NCBI GenBank assembly: GCA_963785725.1
Contig: CAWAWS010000008.1
Location: forward strand, 32,001 to 96,000
Source: an uncultured delta proteobacterium
Lineage (GTDB): Bacteria > Myxococcota_A > Polyangia > Palsa-1104
DNA length: 64,000 nucleotides
Direction of reading: 5' to 3'
The translations under genes were made by a program, and so were the position numbers. The notes beneath the pieces were generated by a model that worked only from the letters and a program-made list of their open reading frames with translations, ran no database searches and was not told where the DNA came from. This document shows, piece after piece, positions 28,690 through 42,765 of this stretch (the first letter of the stretch is position 1; the number at the start of each line of letters is the position of its first letter).

Positions 28690-29550
28690 ATGTCGCGGAT
28701 CCTATCGCTCGCCTATTGCGTCCTGTTCGTCGTCGGCTGTGGTCAGGCGGAGCCGAGCAGCAACGACGCCTCGCGCTTCGTCACGACGGTGACGTGGGAC
28801 GCCAACTGTCAGCCGGTCATCGCCACGCAGGCCGTGCATCCCGATTCCATCGGCGTCGATCCGCACTGCGGGGGCAACGATCTGCTGCTCTCCGATAAGC
28901 CGCTCATCACCGGCAGCGGTGGCGGCGGCGGCACGGGCGGCGGCGGCGTCTCCGCCATCATCGATCCCACGAGCAACGCGCTCTGTCTGGCCAATCCCTT
29001 CGACACCGAATCGGTCAGTCTGAAGACGTTTCCTTATGCAGGCGGCGCCGGGCAGACGTGGGCGCATCACGTGGTCGCGTACATCGCGTCCAGCCAAAGT
29101 GGAGGGCTTTACAACGACGGCCAGGACGCGGGCATCGCGGCCTTCGATTATCATTTCGCGGTCAATCAGTATGCGACTGTTCCGGCCGCGGTTCAGAACG
29201 CCAATGGCGTCGAGTTCGACGCGCCCGGCGGCGCCACCGAATGCTCGAGCGGGCAATATCAGTGCGTCGGCGCTGTTCTGCAGCATTGCGACGGCTCGGC
29301 GCAGTGGCAGAACAGCGTCAATTGCGCGGCCTCGGGCTTGGCGTGCGACGCGGCCACCGGCAGCTGCACGTGCGCGCCGCCGGTCTGCGGGTCGAGCTGC
29401 GGCACGCTCACCAGCGCCTGCGGCGCCAGCGTCGACTGCGGCGGCTGCCAAGGCTATGCGCAGCGCTGCGTCGCCAACGAGTGCCGGACGACGTGCCATT
29501 GCGCCAAGGGCTTCGTCTGCGATCCCGACGGCGCCTGCATTCACCTCTGA
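28690..29550 (+). CDS. Cys-rich lipoprotein
   Basis: GAGGAG RBS; lipobox FVVGC; C-terminal Cys-rich repeats. Confidence 0.75.
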   Translation: MSRILSLAYCVLFVVGCGQAEPSSNDASRFVTTVTWDANCQPVIATQAVHPDSIGVDPHCGGNDLLLSDKPLITGSGGGGGTGGGGVSAIIDPTSNALCLANPFDTESVSLKTFPYAGGAGQTWAHHVVAYIASSQSGGLYNDGQDAGIAAFDYHFAVNQYATVPAAVQNANGVEFDAPGGATECSSGQYQCVGAVLQHCDGSAQWQNSVNCAASGLACDAATGSCTCAPPVCGSSCGTLTSACGASVDCGGCQGYAQRCVANECRTTCHCAKGFVCDPDGACIHL

Positions 29551-29762
29551 CGCGTCGACTGACGCTCTCCCATCCGCGCTCGACGCCCGCGCGCTTGGCG
29601 TCCCGTGACCTGTTCTAGCTAGGCCGATCGGTTGCGGGCGCGGCTGGCCGACGGCCGCTGGTCGCCGTCGCTCCCGCTCGACGTTCGCTAGCCGAAGCCG
29701 CCGCCGCTGATTTGCCGAGACGCTTGACCGCGTCGGCGAGCTCATGTGGGATCATCATGTAG

Positions 29763-31373
29763 GTGGCATGCATCGGCGAAAACACCATCGTCGCCTGGGT
29801 CGACGGTAGCCTCGCGGCGACGGAGCGTGCGGGCGTGGAAGCGCACGTCGCCGGCTGTCCGCATTGCCGCGCCGTCTTGTCCGAGGTCGGCCGCTCGTCG
29901 CTCGTCGACGGCGCGCTGGCCCTGGCCGCGCCTGAAGGCGGCGCCGTCGCCGACGGCACCGTGCTCGCCGAGCGCTATCGCATCACCCGCTTCATCGCGC
30001 GCGGCGGCATGGGCGAGGTCTACGAAGCCGAAGACTTGGAGCTGCACGCGCCGGTCGCGCTCAAGATGATGCGCGCGGAGATGGCCGCCGATCCGCGCGC
30101 CATCGAGCGCTTCAAGCGCGAGACCCACCTGGCGCGGCGCGTGACGCATCCCAACGTCTGTCGCATCTTCGACGTCGGCTTCGTGCCGTCCGCGGGATTG
30201 CGCGTGCCGTTCCTGACGATGGAGCTGCTCGCCGGCGAGACGCTGAGCGAGTGGCTGTCACGCATCGTGCGGCTGACGGCGGAAGAGGCGCTGCCGCTGG
30301 CCGGCCAGCTGGCCGCCGGGCTGCAAGCGGCGCACGACGCCGGCATCGTCCATCGCGACTTCAAGAGCGCCAACATCGTGCTCGTGCCGACGCGCGACGA
30401 AGGCGGGCTGCGTGCCGTCGTCACCGACTTCGGCGTCGCCCGCGCCAGCGACGGGCTCGACTTCGCGGCGACGCACTCGAGCACGCGCGGCATCGTCGGC
30501 TCGCCCGGCTACATGGCGCCCGAGCAGCTGCAAGGCGGCGAGGCCACGGCGGCGGCCGACGTCTACGCGTACGGCGTCGTGCTCTACGAAATGGTGACCG
30601 GCCACTTGCCATTCGAGGAGAAGACGGCGCTGTTGACGGCGCTGCGACGCCTCGAGCATCCGCCGACCTCGCCGCGCGTGCACGTGCCGGAGCTGGACGC
30701 GGTTTGGGAGCGCGTGCTGCTGAAGTGTCTCGCGCGCGAGACAGAGCTGCGCTTCGCCTCCGTGGCGGCGGCGTATCAGGCGCTCGGCGGCGATGGCGCG
30801 ACGCGCTTTACGATGCCGGCGGCGGGGCGTTGGCCGCGACCGGAGGTGCGCGACCGCCCGCCGTCGCCGTCGCCCTGGGCCGCGACGGTGCCGGCGCGAG
30901 GCGCGCGGCGTCGTCGTAAACCGGTGCTGCTCCTCGGTTTCGCGCTGGCCGCGCTGTCGTCGCTGGCGGTCGGCGCCGCGGTCTGGCAGCGACAGACGCA
31001 CCCGCCGCCGCCGCCGACGACGCCGACGCTGCCGCGCTCGTCGCCGAATACGCCGTCGCCGGCGAAGACGCCGTCGCTCGCGAATGGGCCGGCGTTGTCG
31101 AATACGCCGGCGCAGCAGGCGATCGCGGCCGTGCCCAGCCCGCTCTCGGCGATGCCCGCGCTCATCCGCAGCGATCCGCCGGGCGCGCGCGTGTCAGTCG
31201 ACGGCCAGGCGGTCGGCGTGACGCCGTTGACGCTCTCGACCGCGCCGCCGTTTGCGCTGCAGCTGACGCTGCCCGGCTATCGTCCCGTGCGGCGTCGCGT
31301 GACCGCGGCCGGCACGATTAACGTCCGTATGATTACGCTAGCCACGCCCGCGAGCCGACTTCTCGACGAGTAG
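29763..31373 (+). CDS. Ser/Thr protein kinase with an N-terminal zf-HC2 motif, TM helix and C-terminal PEGA domain
   Basis: HVAGCPHC; RGGMGEVY, ALK, HRDFKSAN, DFG, YMAPE; SDPPGARVSVDG..GVTP PEGA. Confidence 0.95.
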   Translation: MACIGENTIVAWVDGSLAATERAGVEAHVAGCPHCRAVLSEVGRSSLVDGALALAAPEGGAVADGTVLAERYRITRFIARGGMGEVYEAEDLELHAPVALKMMRAEMAADPRAIERFKRETHLARRVTHPNVCRIFDVGFVPSAGLRVPFLTMELLAGETLSEWLSRIVRLTAEEALPLAGQLAAGLQAAHDAGIVHRDFKSANIVLVPTRDEGGLRAVVTDFGVARASDGLDFAATHSSTRGIVGSPGYMAPEQLQGGEATAAADVYAYGVVLYEMVTGHLPFEEKTALLTALRRLEHPPTSPRVHVPELDAVWERVLLKCLARETELRFASVAAAYQALGGDGATRFTMPAAGRWPRPEVRDRPPSPSPWAATVPARGARRRRKPVLLLGFALAALSSLAVGAAVWQRQTHPPPPPTTPTLPRSSPNTPSPAKTPSLANGPALSNTPAQQAIAAVPSPLSAMPALIRSDPPGARVSVDGQAVGVTPLTLSTAPPFALQLTLPGYRPVRRRVTAAGTINVRMITLATPASRLLDE

Positions 31374-31424
31374 TTGTTGACAGGCGCGGCGCGTTCGGCG
31401 CCAATTGCGCAGAAGTTGCTGGGC

Positions 31425-32449
31425 ATGGAAACCGTTCGTCCTCTTTTTCTTCGCGGTCGCGCTGTGCGTGTCACTGGCCGGCGCCTCTATCGCTCACGCG
31501 GCTCCGGCTGCGTCCGACGTCGAGGCCGAGGCCGAGATGCTCAAGGCCAAGCAGGCGATGGAGCGCGCGCAGTACGACGTCGCCGTCGGGCACTTGCTCG
31601 TCGCGCGCTCGCTCGTGCCGAACGCGTCGGGGCCGTACTTGAACTTCGGGCGTCGCCTACGAGCGGCTCGGTCGCTGCGCCGAGGCGGTGCCGCTGCTCG
31701 AGGAGTATCTGCGCCGCAAGCCGCAGTCGCCGAGCCCGATCGCGGCGCGCAGCTTGGCCGCCTGTCGCGCGCAAGCGACCGCTGCCGCGCCGCCGGCGCC
31801 CGCTTCACCGGCAGCGACGACGCCATCGGCGCCGGCAGCGACGACGCCGTCCGCGCCGGCAGCGACGACGCCGTCATCGCCGGCTGTCGACGACGGGCCG
31901 GACGCGCCGCGCGTGAGCACGCCGGCCGATGGTCAGCCGGCGCAGCTGCCTTACGCGCAAGTGGGCGGCGTCGGGCCGGCTGCGGCTGCCGAGCCGTCGC
32001 TCGCGGTGCCGTCCACGTTCACCGCGACGCCGTTCGACGCGCCCGCCGTCGCCGGGCCGCGGCCGGCGCGCCTGACCGTCAGCGTCGGGCCGGTCGGCGC
32101 CAACCTGCGGCTCAACGGTCATCCCGCCGGCGCCGACCTCACGCATCTCGAGCGCGACATTCCGCCCGGCAGCTACGAGCTCTACGCCGAGCGCCCGGGC
32201 TATCAGCCGGTCTCGCGCAGCGGCTGGCTCGTGCCCGGCGAAGTCCACATCGACCTGTTGACGATGCGGAAGAAGCGCGTGTGGCCCATCGTCGTCGGCG
32301 TCCTCAGCGCCGCGCTCGTCGCCGGCGGGCTCGTCGCCATCATCGTCACGCAGGTGGGCTCGTCGTCGGGCCATAAGTCGACCACCGGCACCGGCACCAT
32401 GGGCAGCGGCGCCACCGAGACCGGCTTTCCGACGGTGTCCACGCCATGA
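31425..32449 (+). CDS. Secreted TPR + PEGA protein, frameshifted near 31428 and 31649
   Basis: ATG(G)AAACCG gives the signal peptide MKPFVLFFFAV...AHA; TTCGG(G)CGTC joins YLNFG to VAYERLGRCAEAVPLLEEYL; PPGSYELYAERPGY PEGA. Confidence 0.75.
31808..31884 (+). repeat. Coding 24-bp tandem repeat x3 (PAATTPSA)
   Basis: CCGGCAGCGACGACGCC(A/G)TCnnCG units start at 31808, 31832 and 31856. Confidence 0.85.
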
Positions 32450-33075
32450 GGTCGCTCCTCGTCATCGGCGTGCTCTGGCTGCTGCCCGGCTGCGACGCCT
32501 TCGACATTCCCAACATCACGACGCGCAGCCCGACATGGCCGGCCTCGACGAGTGCACGATCGCGCCCGCCGGCCGCTCGTGCGTGACGCTGCACATCGCA
32601 TGGCGACGTCGACGCCATCGACAACGTGCAGATCGACGCCATCTTCGAGCTCGGCACCGACTATCTCGATCGCCGCGTCGTCTCGACGTATCCCGGCGCC
32701 GCCGTCGAACCGCCCATCGCCGTCGGCGTCATCCTGCGACGAGGACGCCGGACCCGACGTCGCAATCAAGGTGCTGGCGCGCGCCGGCACGACGCCCATC
32801 GGCCTCGGCGGCGGCGACGCGCTCGACCTGCGTCCCGGCGACCACCAGGCGCTCGACATCACGCTGACGCCAGCCGCCAAGACGCTCTGCTTCGACGGCA
32901 TCATGGATCAAGACGAGACCGACGTCGACTGCGGCTGGGACACCGAATGCCCCGCCTGCGTGCTCGGCCAGATCTGCATCTCCGATCGCGACTGCGCCAA
33001 CTCCAGCTGCGTCTACGTCGACGACGGCAACTACAAGAGCCGCTGTCAGTCGCCGGCCCGACGCCGACGGATTAG
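32446..33075 (+). CDS. Cys-rich lipoprotein broken by 3-4 frameshifts (error or pseudogene)
   Basis: MRSLLVIGVLWLLPGC lipobox; protein-like segments in successive frames (shifts near 32518, 32598 and 32737); CFDGIMDQDETDVDCG myxobacterial Cys repeat; 3' end uncertain. Confidence 0.6.
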
Positions 33076-33083
33076 GATTCGTC

Positions 33084-33977
33084 GTGGCGTTGGCGGAGCG
33101 GTTTGTGGCCCACCTCGATCGGGACCGGCGCGCGCAGCTGACCGACGAGTCGGCCGTCGCGATGCTGGAGACGCGGCTCGACGAGGTGGTGCGGGCGGCG
33201 CGCGCGGCGTGGCCCGGCGTCGCCGTCGCCGACGACGAATTCCTGGCATGGCTGGCGGCGCGCTTGCCCGCCGGTGACGACGTGCTGGCGGCGCTGGCGA
33301 CGCTGCGCGCGAGCGACTTGTACTTGGCCTGTGCGTGCGCGCGCGGCGACACCGCCGCCTTGCGCGCCATCGAAGCGGGCCCGATGACCGACGTGGCGGC
33401 GGCCGTCGCGCGCTCCAGCTTGCGCGGCGTCGCCGTCGACGACGTCATGCAGACCATCCGCCGCGTCCTCTTCGTCGCCGGCGACGACGCGCCGCCGCGC
33501 ATCGCCGAATATCGCGGCGCCGGCGACCTGCGCGCCTGGCTGCGCGTCACCGCCGTGCGCGCCGCGCTCAAGCTCTTGCGCAAAGAGCGCCACGAGGTCC
33601 CCGTCGACGACGAGATGCTGTCGTCGCTGCCCGCCGCCGCCGACGCCGAGCTGGAGTTCGTCAAACGGCAATATCGCGCCGGCTTCAAGCGCGCCTTTCT
33701 CGAGTCGCTGGCGTCTTTGCCGCCGCGCGAGCAGAACCTTTTGCGCCAACACTTCCTCGACGATCTGTCGATCGATCAGCTGGGCGCGCTGCACCGCGTG
33801 CATCGCTCGACGGCGGCGCGCTGGATCGCCAAAGCGCAGGCGACGCTGTTCGAGCGCACCAAGCGCGTGCTCATGAAGCAAATGAAGGTCAGCCGCTCGG
33901 AGTGCGAGAGCATCATTCGCCTCGCGCAAAGCCAGCTGCACGTGACGCTTCGCACCCTCGTCGCGTCGATCGCTTAG
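33084..33977 (+). CDS. ECF-type sigma-70 factor, Myxococcales family
   Basis: ARAAWPGV, DLYLACACARGD, YRGAGDLRAWLRV and SIDQLGALHRVHRSTAARW motifs. Confidence 0.88.
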   Translation: MALAERFVAHLDRDRRAQLTDESAVAMLETRLDEVVRAARAAWPGVAVADDEFLAWLAARLPAGDDVLAALATLRASDLYLACACARGDTAALRAIEAGPMTDVAAAVARSSLRGVAVDDVMQTIRRVLFVAGDDAPPRIAEYRGAGDLRAWLRVTAVRAALKLLRKERHEVPVDDEMLSSLPAAADAELEFVKRQYRAGFKRAFLESLASLPPREQNLLRQHFLDDLSIDQLGALHRVHRSTAARWIAKAQATLFERTKRVLMKQMKVSRSECESIIRLAQSQLHVTLRTLVASIA

Positions 33978-34084
33978 CGGTTTCATAGCGAGCTTTCGGC
34001 CGCATTTTTCCTGCGACATTCGAAATCTGCCTGGCTCTTGTCCGGTGATCCCAGACGGATCGCGATATCAACCAGGAGATTTTG

Positions 34085-34378
34085 ATGAACAAGCTCGTGC
34101 TCTCGTTTCTTAGCTTGCTGGTCGTGGCGGGTTGCGGTGGTGGTGGTAGCTCGTCGACGGACAACGTGGCCGCCTGCAAGGCGTTCTTGACCAAGGTCAA
34201 GTGCGGCACCGTCGACATCTCGTCGCAGGTCGATTGCGACGCTTACGCCAACACGGCGTGTGACATCTCGGACTACTTCGACTGCCTCTCGACCAAGTAT
34301 GTCTGCGTCGACGGCAGCTACGACGAGACCAAGCTCGCGACGCTCAGCGACTGCGCCAGCAAGGCCACGTGCCAGTGA
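34085..34378 (+). CDS. Small Cys-rich lipoprotein
   Basis: AGGAG RBS; lipobox VVAGC; multiple Cys. Confidence 0.75.
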   Translation: MNKLVLSFLSLLVVAGCGGGGSSSTDNVAACKAFLTKVKCGTVDISSQVDCDAYANTACDISDYFDCLSTKYVCVDGSYDETKLATLSDCASKATCQ

Positions 34379-34875
34379 TGACGCGGGCGCGGCGCGTCTT
34401 GCAAGGCTTGGCCTTCGCGACGCTGGCGCTGACCGTCGGTGGTTGCGACCACGAGAAGGACGGCGCCACGACGGTCGCGCGGCCCGACTATTGTCCGCCC
34501 GAAGGCGCGGCGGTGCCGCTGGCGCAGCTGATCGCGCAGACCAAGCGCTTCAAAGGCTGCGCGGTGGAGACCGACGCGACGTTGATGGGGCCGTACAACA
34601 TGGGCGGCAACTTCGTCATGCCGAGCTGCGCCAAGAAGGGGCGGACGCTGTTCCAGGTGGCGCTGCCCGGTCAGACGGCGCAGCCGCTCGGGATGTTCGC
34701 GGCCATCGCCAGCGTGCCCGACGGCGACGCCAACGCGCTCTTCTCGGCGCCCGGCAACACGACGGTGCGGCTACGCGGCGAGATGGTCTACAAGGGCGCG
34801 ATGCTGGGGACCGACCTCGGCGGAATGTCGCGCTGCTTCGAGGCGAGCGCGGTCACGGTCGCCAGCGCAAAGTAG
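34378..34875 (+). CDS. Hypothetical lipoprotein (possibly OB-fold-like)
   Basis: ATG overlaps the upstream TGA; lipobox TVGGC. Confidence 0.7.
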   Translation: MTRARRVLQGLAFATLALTVGGCDHEKDGATTVARPDYCPPEGAAVPLAQLIAQTKRFKGCAVETDATLMGPYNMGGNFVMPSCAKKGRTLFQVALPGQTAQPLGMFAAIASVPDGDANALFSAPGNTTVRLRGEMVYKGAMLGTDLGGMSRCFEASAVTVASAK

Positions 34876-35138
34876 AGTAGGCCGGTCGCCGGCGCCACGC
34901 CTTCGAGCGTCGGCGCCGGCGGCCGATGACGTTTCCGCATCAGCACCTCCTTTGAGCCAGCCCAACATTTGGTCAGCGTGGCCAGCCGTTGTGCCAGGTC
35001 GGCACCGTAACGGCCCGCACCTGAACGCAATCGCAGGTTGTGCGGACCGGATGCTTTGCGCGGCGACTTGAGCGATGATGGAGCGCGCCTTGCAACCGAC
35101 GCGGTCGTCGTCGTCGAGCGATCGTCGTAAGAGGTGCC

Positions 35139-38188
<3,050 letters not shown>

Positions 38189-38192
<4 letters not shown>

Positions 38193-39001
38193 CGCCGGCC
38201 TGCCGCGAGCTCGAGCTGCAGCTGCTGCTCGAGGCCATCTACCGCAAGTTTCACTACGACTTTCGCCGCTATTCGCGGGTGTCGCTCGAGCGCCGGCTGA
38301 CCGACGCCGTGGCCGAGCTCGGCTGCGCGACGCTGTCGGGCCTGCAAGAGCGCCTCCTGCACGACGACGCCGTCTTCCCGGCGCTGCTGCGCTTTCTGAC
38401 GGTGCAGGTGAGCGAGCTGTTTCGCGATCCGGCCTATTTCCTGGCCATGCGCCGCCACATCATCCCGGTCTTGCGCACCTATCCGTCGCTGCGCGTGTGG
38501 ATCGCCGGCTGCAGCACGGGCGAGGAGGCCTACTCGTACGCCATCCTGCTGCACGAAGAGGGCCTGCTCGACAGCGCCACGCTCTACGCCACCGACATCA
38601 ATCCCGAGAGCCTGCGCACGGCGGAGGCGGGGCTCTATCGCGGCGCGCGCCTGGCCCGGTTCGCCGAGAATCATCGACAGTCGGGCGGCCGACGGCCGCT
38701 GACCGACTACTTCACCGCGGCCTACGGCTCGCTCCTGTTCGATCGCCGCCTGCGCAAGAAGATCCTCTTCTCCGATCACAGCCTGGCCACCGACGGTGGC
38801 TTCGCCGAGATGCAGCTCATCTCCTGCCGCAACGTCCTCATCTACTTCGACCGCGCCTTGCAGGGCCGCGCGCTCGGCCTCTTCAAGGATTCGCTGTGCC
38901 GGCGCGGCTTTCTGGGGCTCGGATCGCGCGAGACCTTGCGTTTTACCGAGTGCGAGCGCGACTTCGACGAGGTCGCCGAGCGCTGGTACCAGCGATGCTG
39001 A
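38189..39001 (+). CDS. cheR: CheR-type protein-glutamate methyltransferase
   Basis: [30 protein letters not shown] and CRNVLIYF motifs. Confidence 0.9.
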
Positions 39002-41460
39002 CGACGCCGCGCCCGCCCGACGTCAAGCTGCTGCTCGTCGACGACGTCGAGCGGAACCTGTTCGCGTTCGAGCAGATCCTGCGCCGCGACGGCCTGCTCG
39101 TCGTCAAGGCGCGCTCGGCGCGCGCCGCGCTCGAGGAGCTGCTCGTGCACGACTTCGCGCTCGCCATCATCGACGTGCAGATGCCCGAGATCGACGGCGT
39201 CGAGCTGGCCGAGACCATGCGCAGCACCGGGCGGACGCGCAACGTGCCCATCATCTTCGTGACGGCCGGGACGCACGAGCGGCGCAGCCTGTTCCGCGGC
39301 TACGAAGCGGGCGCCGTCGACTTTCTCTACAAGCCCATCGAGCCGGTGGTGCTGCGCAACAAGGCGGAGACCTTCTTCGAGCTCTATCGGCAGCGACAGC
39401 AGCTGGCGCAGCAGCTGCAACTGTTACGCGAGCAGCAAGAGGAGTCGCGCCGCGCCAAAGAGGCGGCCGAGGCCGCCAATCGCGCCAAAGACGAGTTCTT
39501 GGCCAACGTCAGCCACGAGATTCGCACGCCCATGAACGCCATCTTGGGCATGACGGAGCTGGTCCTCGATTCGTCGCTGAGCGAGAGTCAGCGGCAGTCG
39601 CTCAAGACCGTGCATTCGTCGGCGAGCAGCCTGCTCGGCACCATCAACGACGTGCTCGACTTCTCCAAGATCGAGGCCGGCAAGCTGGAGCTCGATCCGA
39701 CCGCGTTCTCGCTGCGCGCGGCCGTCGGCGACACGCTGCGGGCGCTGGCCGTGCGCGCGCATCGCAAGGGGCTCGAGCTCGTGTGCGACGTGCGCGCCGA
39801 CGTGCCCGACGCGCTCGTCGGCGACGTCGGCCGGCTGCGTCAGGTGCTCATCAACCTCGTCGGCAACGCCATCAAGTTCACCGAGCGCGGTGAGGTCGTC
39901 ATCGACATCGCCGCCGGCGCGGCGCCCGACTCCGACCGCGTCGACGTGCGCTGCTCCATCGTCGACAGCGGCATCGGCATCCCGCGGCACAAGCAGCAGA
40001 CGATCTTCCGCGCCTTCGAGCAGGAGGACATGTCGACGACGCGCAAGTACGGCGGCACCGGCCTCGGTCTGACGATCGCGGCCCGCCTCATCGCCTTGAT
40101 GGGCGGCGAGCTGACCGTCGACAGCGAGGTCGGCAGCGGCAGCACGTTCGCGTTCACCGCGCGGCTCCAGCGTCAGCTGCCGGGCCCCGCCATCGGGCCG
40201 GTCGCGTCGCCGGCGCCGCCGGACGGGCTGCGCGTGCTCGTCGTCGACGACAACGCCGTCAACCGCCGCGTGCTCGCGAGCTGGCTGCGCGGCGCGGCCG
40301 AGCCGGCCACCGCCGCCGACGGCGGCGCCGCCCTGAGCGCGCTGCGGCAAGCCGCAGCGGCCGAGCGGCCGTTCGCGCTCGCCCTCGTCGACGCGCGCCT
40401 GCCCGACGCCGACGGGCTGGCGATCGCGGCCCAGATTCGCGCGCAACCCGAGCTGGCGACGACGCGCATCATCCTCTTGACCGCCGGCGATCGCGCCGAG
40501 GATGACGAGCGCTGCCGCGCCCTCGCCATCGACGGCAGCTTGCCGAAGCCGGTGCTCGAGGTCGAGCTCCTCGAGGCCGTCGCCGCCGTCATGAGCCGGC
40601 CGCCCGGCCGCGCGCCCGCCGTCGACGACCGCGCGCCGCCGCCGAACGTCGGTCGACCGCCGCCGGCGCGCACAGGCCCGCTGCGCATCCTCGTCGCCGA
40701 GGACAACGAGTTCAACTGGCAGCTCCTGCAGCAGCTGCTCACCCGTCGCGGTCACGACGTGCAGCTGGCGCACACCGGCCGCGACACGCTCCGCCGCGTC
40801 GACAGCGAGCCCTACGACCTCTTGCTCCTCGACGTGCACATGCCCGAGCTCGACGGCTTCGAGGTGGTGCGCACGATTCGCGAGCGCGAGCAGGGCAGCG
40901 CGCGCCATCTGCCCGTGGTGGCGGTGACGGCGCGGTCGCGGCAAGAGGATCGCGAGCGCTGCCTCGCCGCCGGCATGGACGCGTTCTTGGCCAAGCCCAT
41001 CGACGCCGCGGCCTTGTGGGCGGCGATCGAGCGCGTCGTCCGGCCGCCGGCGACCGCGCCCGTCGTTCAGCCGTCGCTCTTGAGCGCGCCCGTGATCTTG
41101 GCGGCGTGCGGCGGCGAGAGCACGATCTTGGCGGCGATTTGTCGGCGCTTTCGCGAGCAGCTGCCGATCGATCTGACGACGCTGCAGGCGGCGGTCGCGG
41201 CGCGCGCGGCGTCGGAGCTGCGCGAGATCGCGCACCGCTTGTCGTCGATGTTGGGCGCGTTCTCGACGAGCGCCGGCGCGCTGGCGTCCGACATCGAGGA
41301 TTTGGCGGCCGCCGGCGAGCTGACCGCGGCCGCGCCGCTCGTGTCGCGGCTGGTCGACGTCGCGCAGACGCTCGTCGGTCAGCTCGAGGGCGTGTCGATC
41401 GATCGGCTGCAGCGTGACGCCGCGAACGCCGAGCCGGCTAGCGGCGAAATGTCCGCCTAA
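38995..41460 (+). CDS. Hybrid kinase REC-HisKA-HATPase-REC-REC-HPt
   Basis: [52 protein letters not shown] HPt-like helix. Confidence 0.92.
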   Translation: MLTTPRPPDVKLLLVDDVERNLFAFEQILRRDGLLVVKARSARAALEELLVHDFALAIIDVQMPEIDGVELAETMRSTGRTRNVPIIFVTAGTHERRSLFRGYEAGAVDFLYKPIEPVVLRNKAETFFELYRQRQQLAQQLQLLREQQEESRRAKEAAEAANRAKDEFLANVSHEIRTPMNAILGMTELVLDSSLSESQRQSLKTVHSSASSLLGTINDVLDFSKIEAGKLELDPTAFSLRAAVGDTLRALAVRAHRKGLELVCDVRADVPDALVGDVGRLRQVLINLVGNAIKFTERGEVVIDIAAGAAPDSDRVDVRCSIVDSGIGIPRHKQQTIFRAFEQEDMSTTRKYGGTGLGLTIAARLIALMGGELTVDSEVGSGSTFAFTARLQRQLPGPAIGPVASPAPPDGLRVLVVDDNAVNRRVLASWLRGAAEPATAADGGAALSALRQAAAAERPFALALVDARLPDADGLAIAAQIRAQPELATTRIILLTAGDRAEDDERCRALAIDGSLPKPVLEVELLEAVAAVMSRPPGRAPAVDDRAPPPNVGRPPPARTGPLRILVAEDNEFNWQLLQQLLTRRGHDVQLAHTGRDTLRRVDSEPYDLLLLDVHMPELDGFEVVRTIREREQGSARHLPVVAVTARSRQEDRERCLAAGMDAFLAKPIDAAALWAAIERVVRPPATAPVVQPSLLSAPVILAACGGESTILAAICRRFREQLPIDLTTLQAAVAARAASELREIAHRLSSMLGAFSTSAGALASDIEDLAAAGELTAAAPLVSRLVDVAQTLVGQLEGVSIDRLQRDAANAEPASGEMSA

Positions 41461-41538
41461 GTCCGACTGACGGTTGACCGCGCGCAGAACGGAGATCGCG
41501 GACGCGAGGTCGGCGCCAGCGAGTGGGCGGCGGCCGGG

Positions 41539-42663
41539 TCAGCCGCCGACGCTGTCCGTGCCGGCCGCGGGCGCCGTCGGGCCGAAGTGCACGGCGTCGC
41601 CGGCGGTGCCGTCGAGCTGCACGTTGCCGGTGCCGGCGGCCGACTCCGGATATTCGCTCGCCGCCCACGTCTCGCTCGTGCCCGTCGCGCTCTGCCGGCC
41701 GAGCGGCGCCAACGTAAAGCTGGTCGTGGCCGCGTCGCAGCTGGCGGCGGTGCTGGCGTCGCTGGCGGCGACGCACAAGTCGTCGACGGCGTTGCAGGTC
41801 GTGCCCATGTCGGTCGAGCCCGTGACGTAGATGACGTTGCCGTCGGAGGCGAGCTGCGCGCCGCAATAGCCGAAGCCGACGCCGGCCACGGCCATCTCGA
41901 ACTGCCGCGTGACCGAGTTGGCCCACAAGTGGATGACGCCGTACGAGCAGCCGTCCCACTCGGCGTTGCCGCCGCAGCTCGAAGCCGCGTTGAGCGTGCC
42001 GACGCTGAGCCAGGCCTCGACGGTGTAGCCGAAGCCGACGCCGCCGTCACCGAAGCCGCTCGCGCCGACACCGCCGTCGCTGTCGTTCGCCACCGGCGTG
42101 ACGATGGCCGCGACCTCGCCTTGCCCGATCGCTTGATAAAGATAGGTGACGTCGTCTTTCTGGCCGAACTGCAGGAAGCCGGGATCGCTCGGCTGGCTCG
42201 AGCCGACGCTGTCCGAGCACTGCGCGTACATCGTCACCGGCGCACCCGGCGTCGCCAGCGTGTACGCGACCGGCGCCAGCGCCAAACACTTGGCGCCGCC
42301 GCTTTGAATCGTCTGATTGATTCCCGCGAGCCGAGCGTCGATCGACTGCAGAATATCGAAGATGTCGGTGGGGCCGGCGCCGAAGAAGCGGCTCTGGATG
42401 TCGCTCGCCGACAGATCGTCCGGCTGATACCGGGCGCGATGTTGGCTCGTCTGCAAGCCGGCCGGCGCCGCGGCGCGCACCGGCGGCGTCACCAGCGGCA
42501 ACAGCGCCGGCGGCTTCGGTGTCGACGTCTTGACGCTCATGTCGGCTACATCGGCCGCCATGTCGGGCGTCGCGCCGCCGCTCTTGTCGTCGCCGCCCGA
42601 GTGCCCGCAACCGACCGCCGCCAAAGCCGTAAAGCCGCACACGACACCGAATTTTCCGAGCAT
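41539..42663 (-). CDS. Hypothetical lipoprotein
   Basis: Lipobox AAVGC; strong codon bias; several Cys. Confidence 0.75.
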   Translation of the reverse strand: MLGKFGVVCGFTALAAVGCGHSGGDDKSGGATPDMAADVADMSVKTSTPKPPALLPLVTPPVRAAAPAGLQTSQHRARYQPDDLSASDIQSRFFGAGPTDIFDILQSIDARLAGINQTIQSGGAKCLALAPVAYTLATPGAPVTMYAQCSDSVGSSQPSDPGFLQFGQKDDVTYLYQAIGQGEVAAIVTPVANDSDGGVGASGFGDGGVGFGYTVEAWLSVGTLNAASSCGGNAEWDGCSYGVIHLWANSVTRQFEMAVAGVGFGYCGAQLASDGNVIYVTGSTDMGTTCNAVDDLCVAASDASTAASCDAATTSFTLAPLGRQSATGTSETWAASEYPESAAGTGNVQLDGTAGDAVHFGPTAPAAGTDSVGG

Positions 42664-42765
42664 GAATCCCCCTCGCCACGAGACATCGACGCGAGCGGTC
42701 GGCAGGTGAGCGGCGGAGGTCCGACAATCGGGAAATTGCGCACGGCTCGTGCAAAATTCCGGCGA

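Noticed and set aside
31808..31884. Direct repeats that might be a CRISPR array
   Set aside because: 24-bp in-frame tandem units with no unique spacers, encoding a PAATTPSA linker; no cas genes in the window
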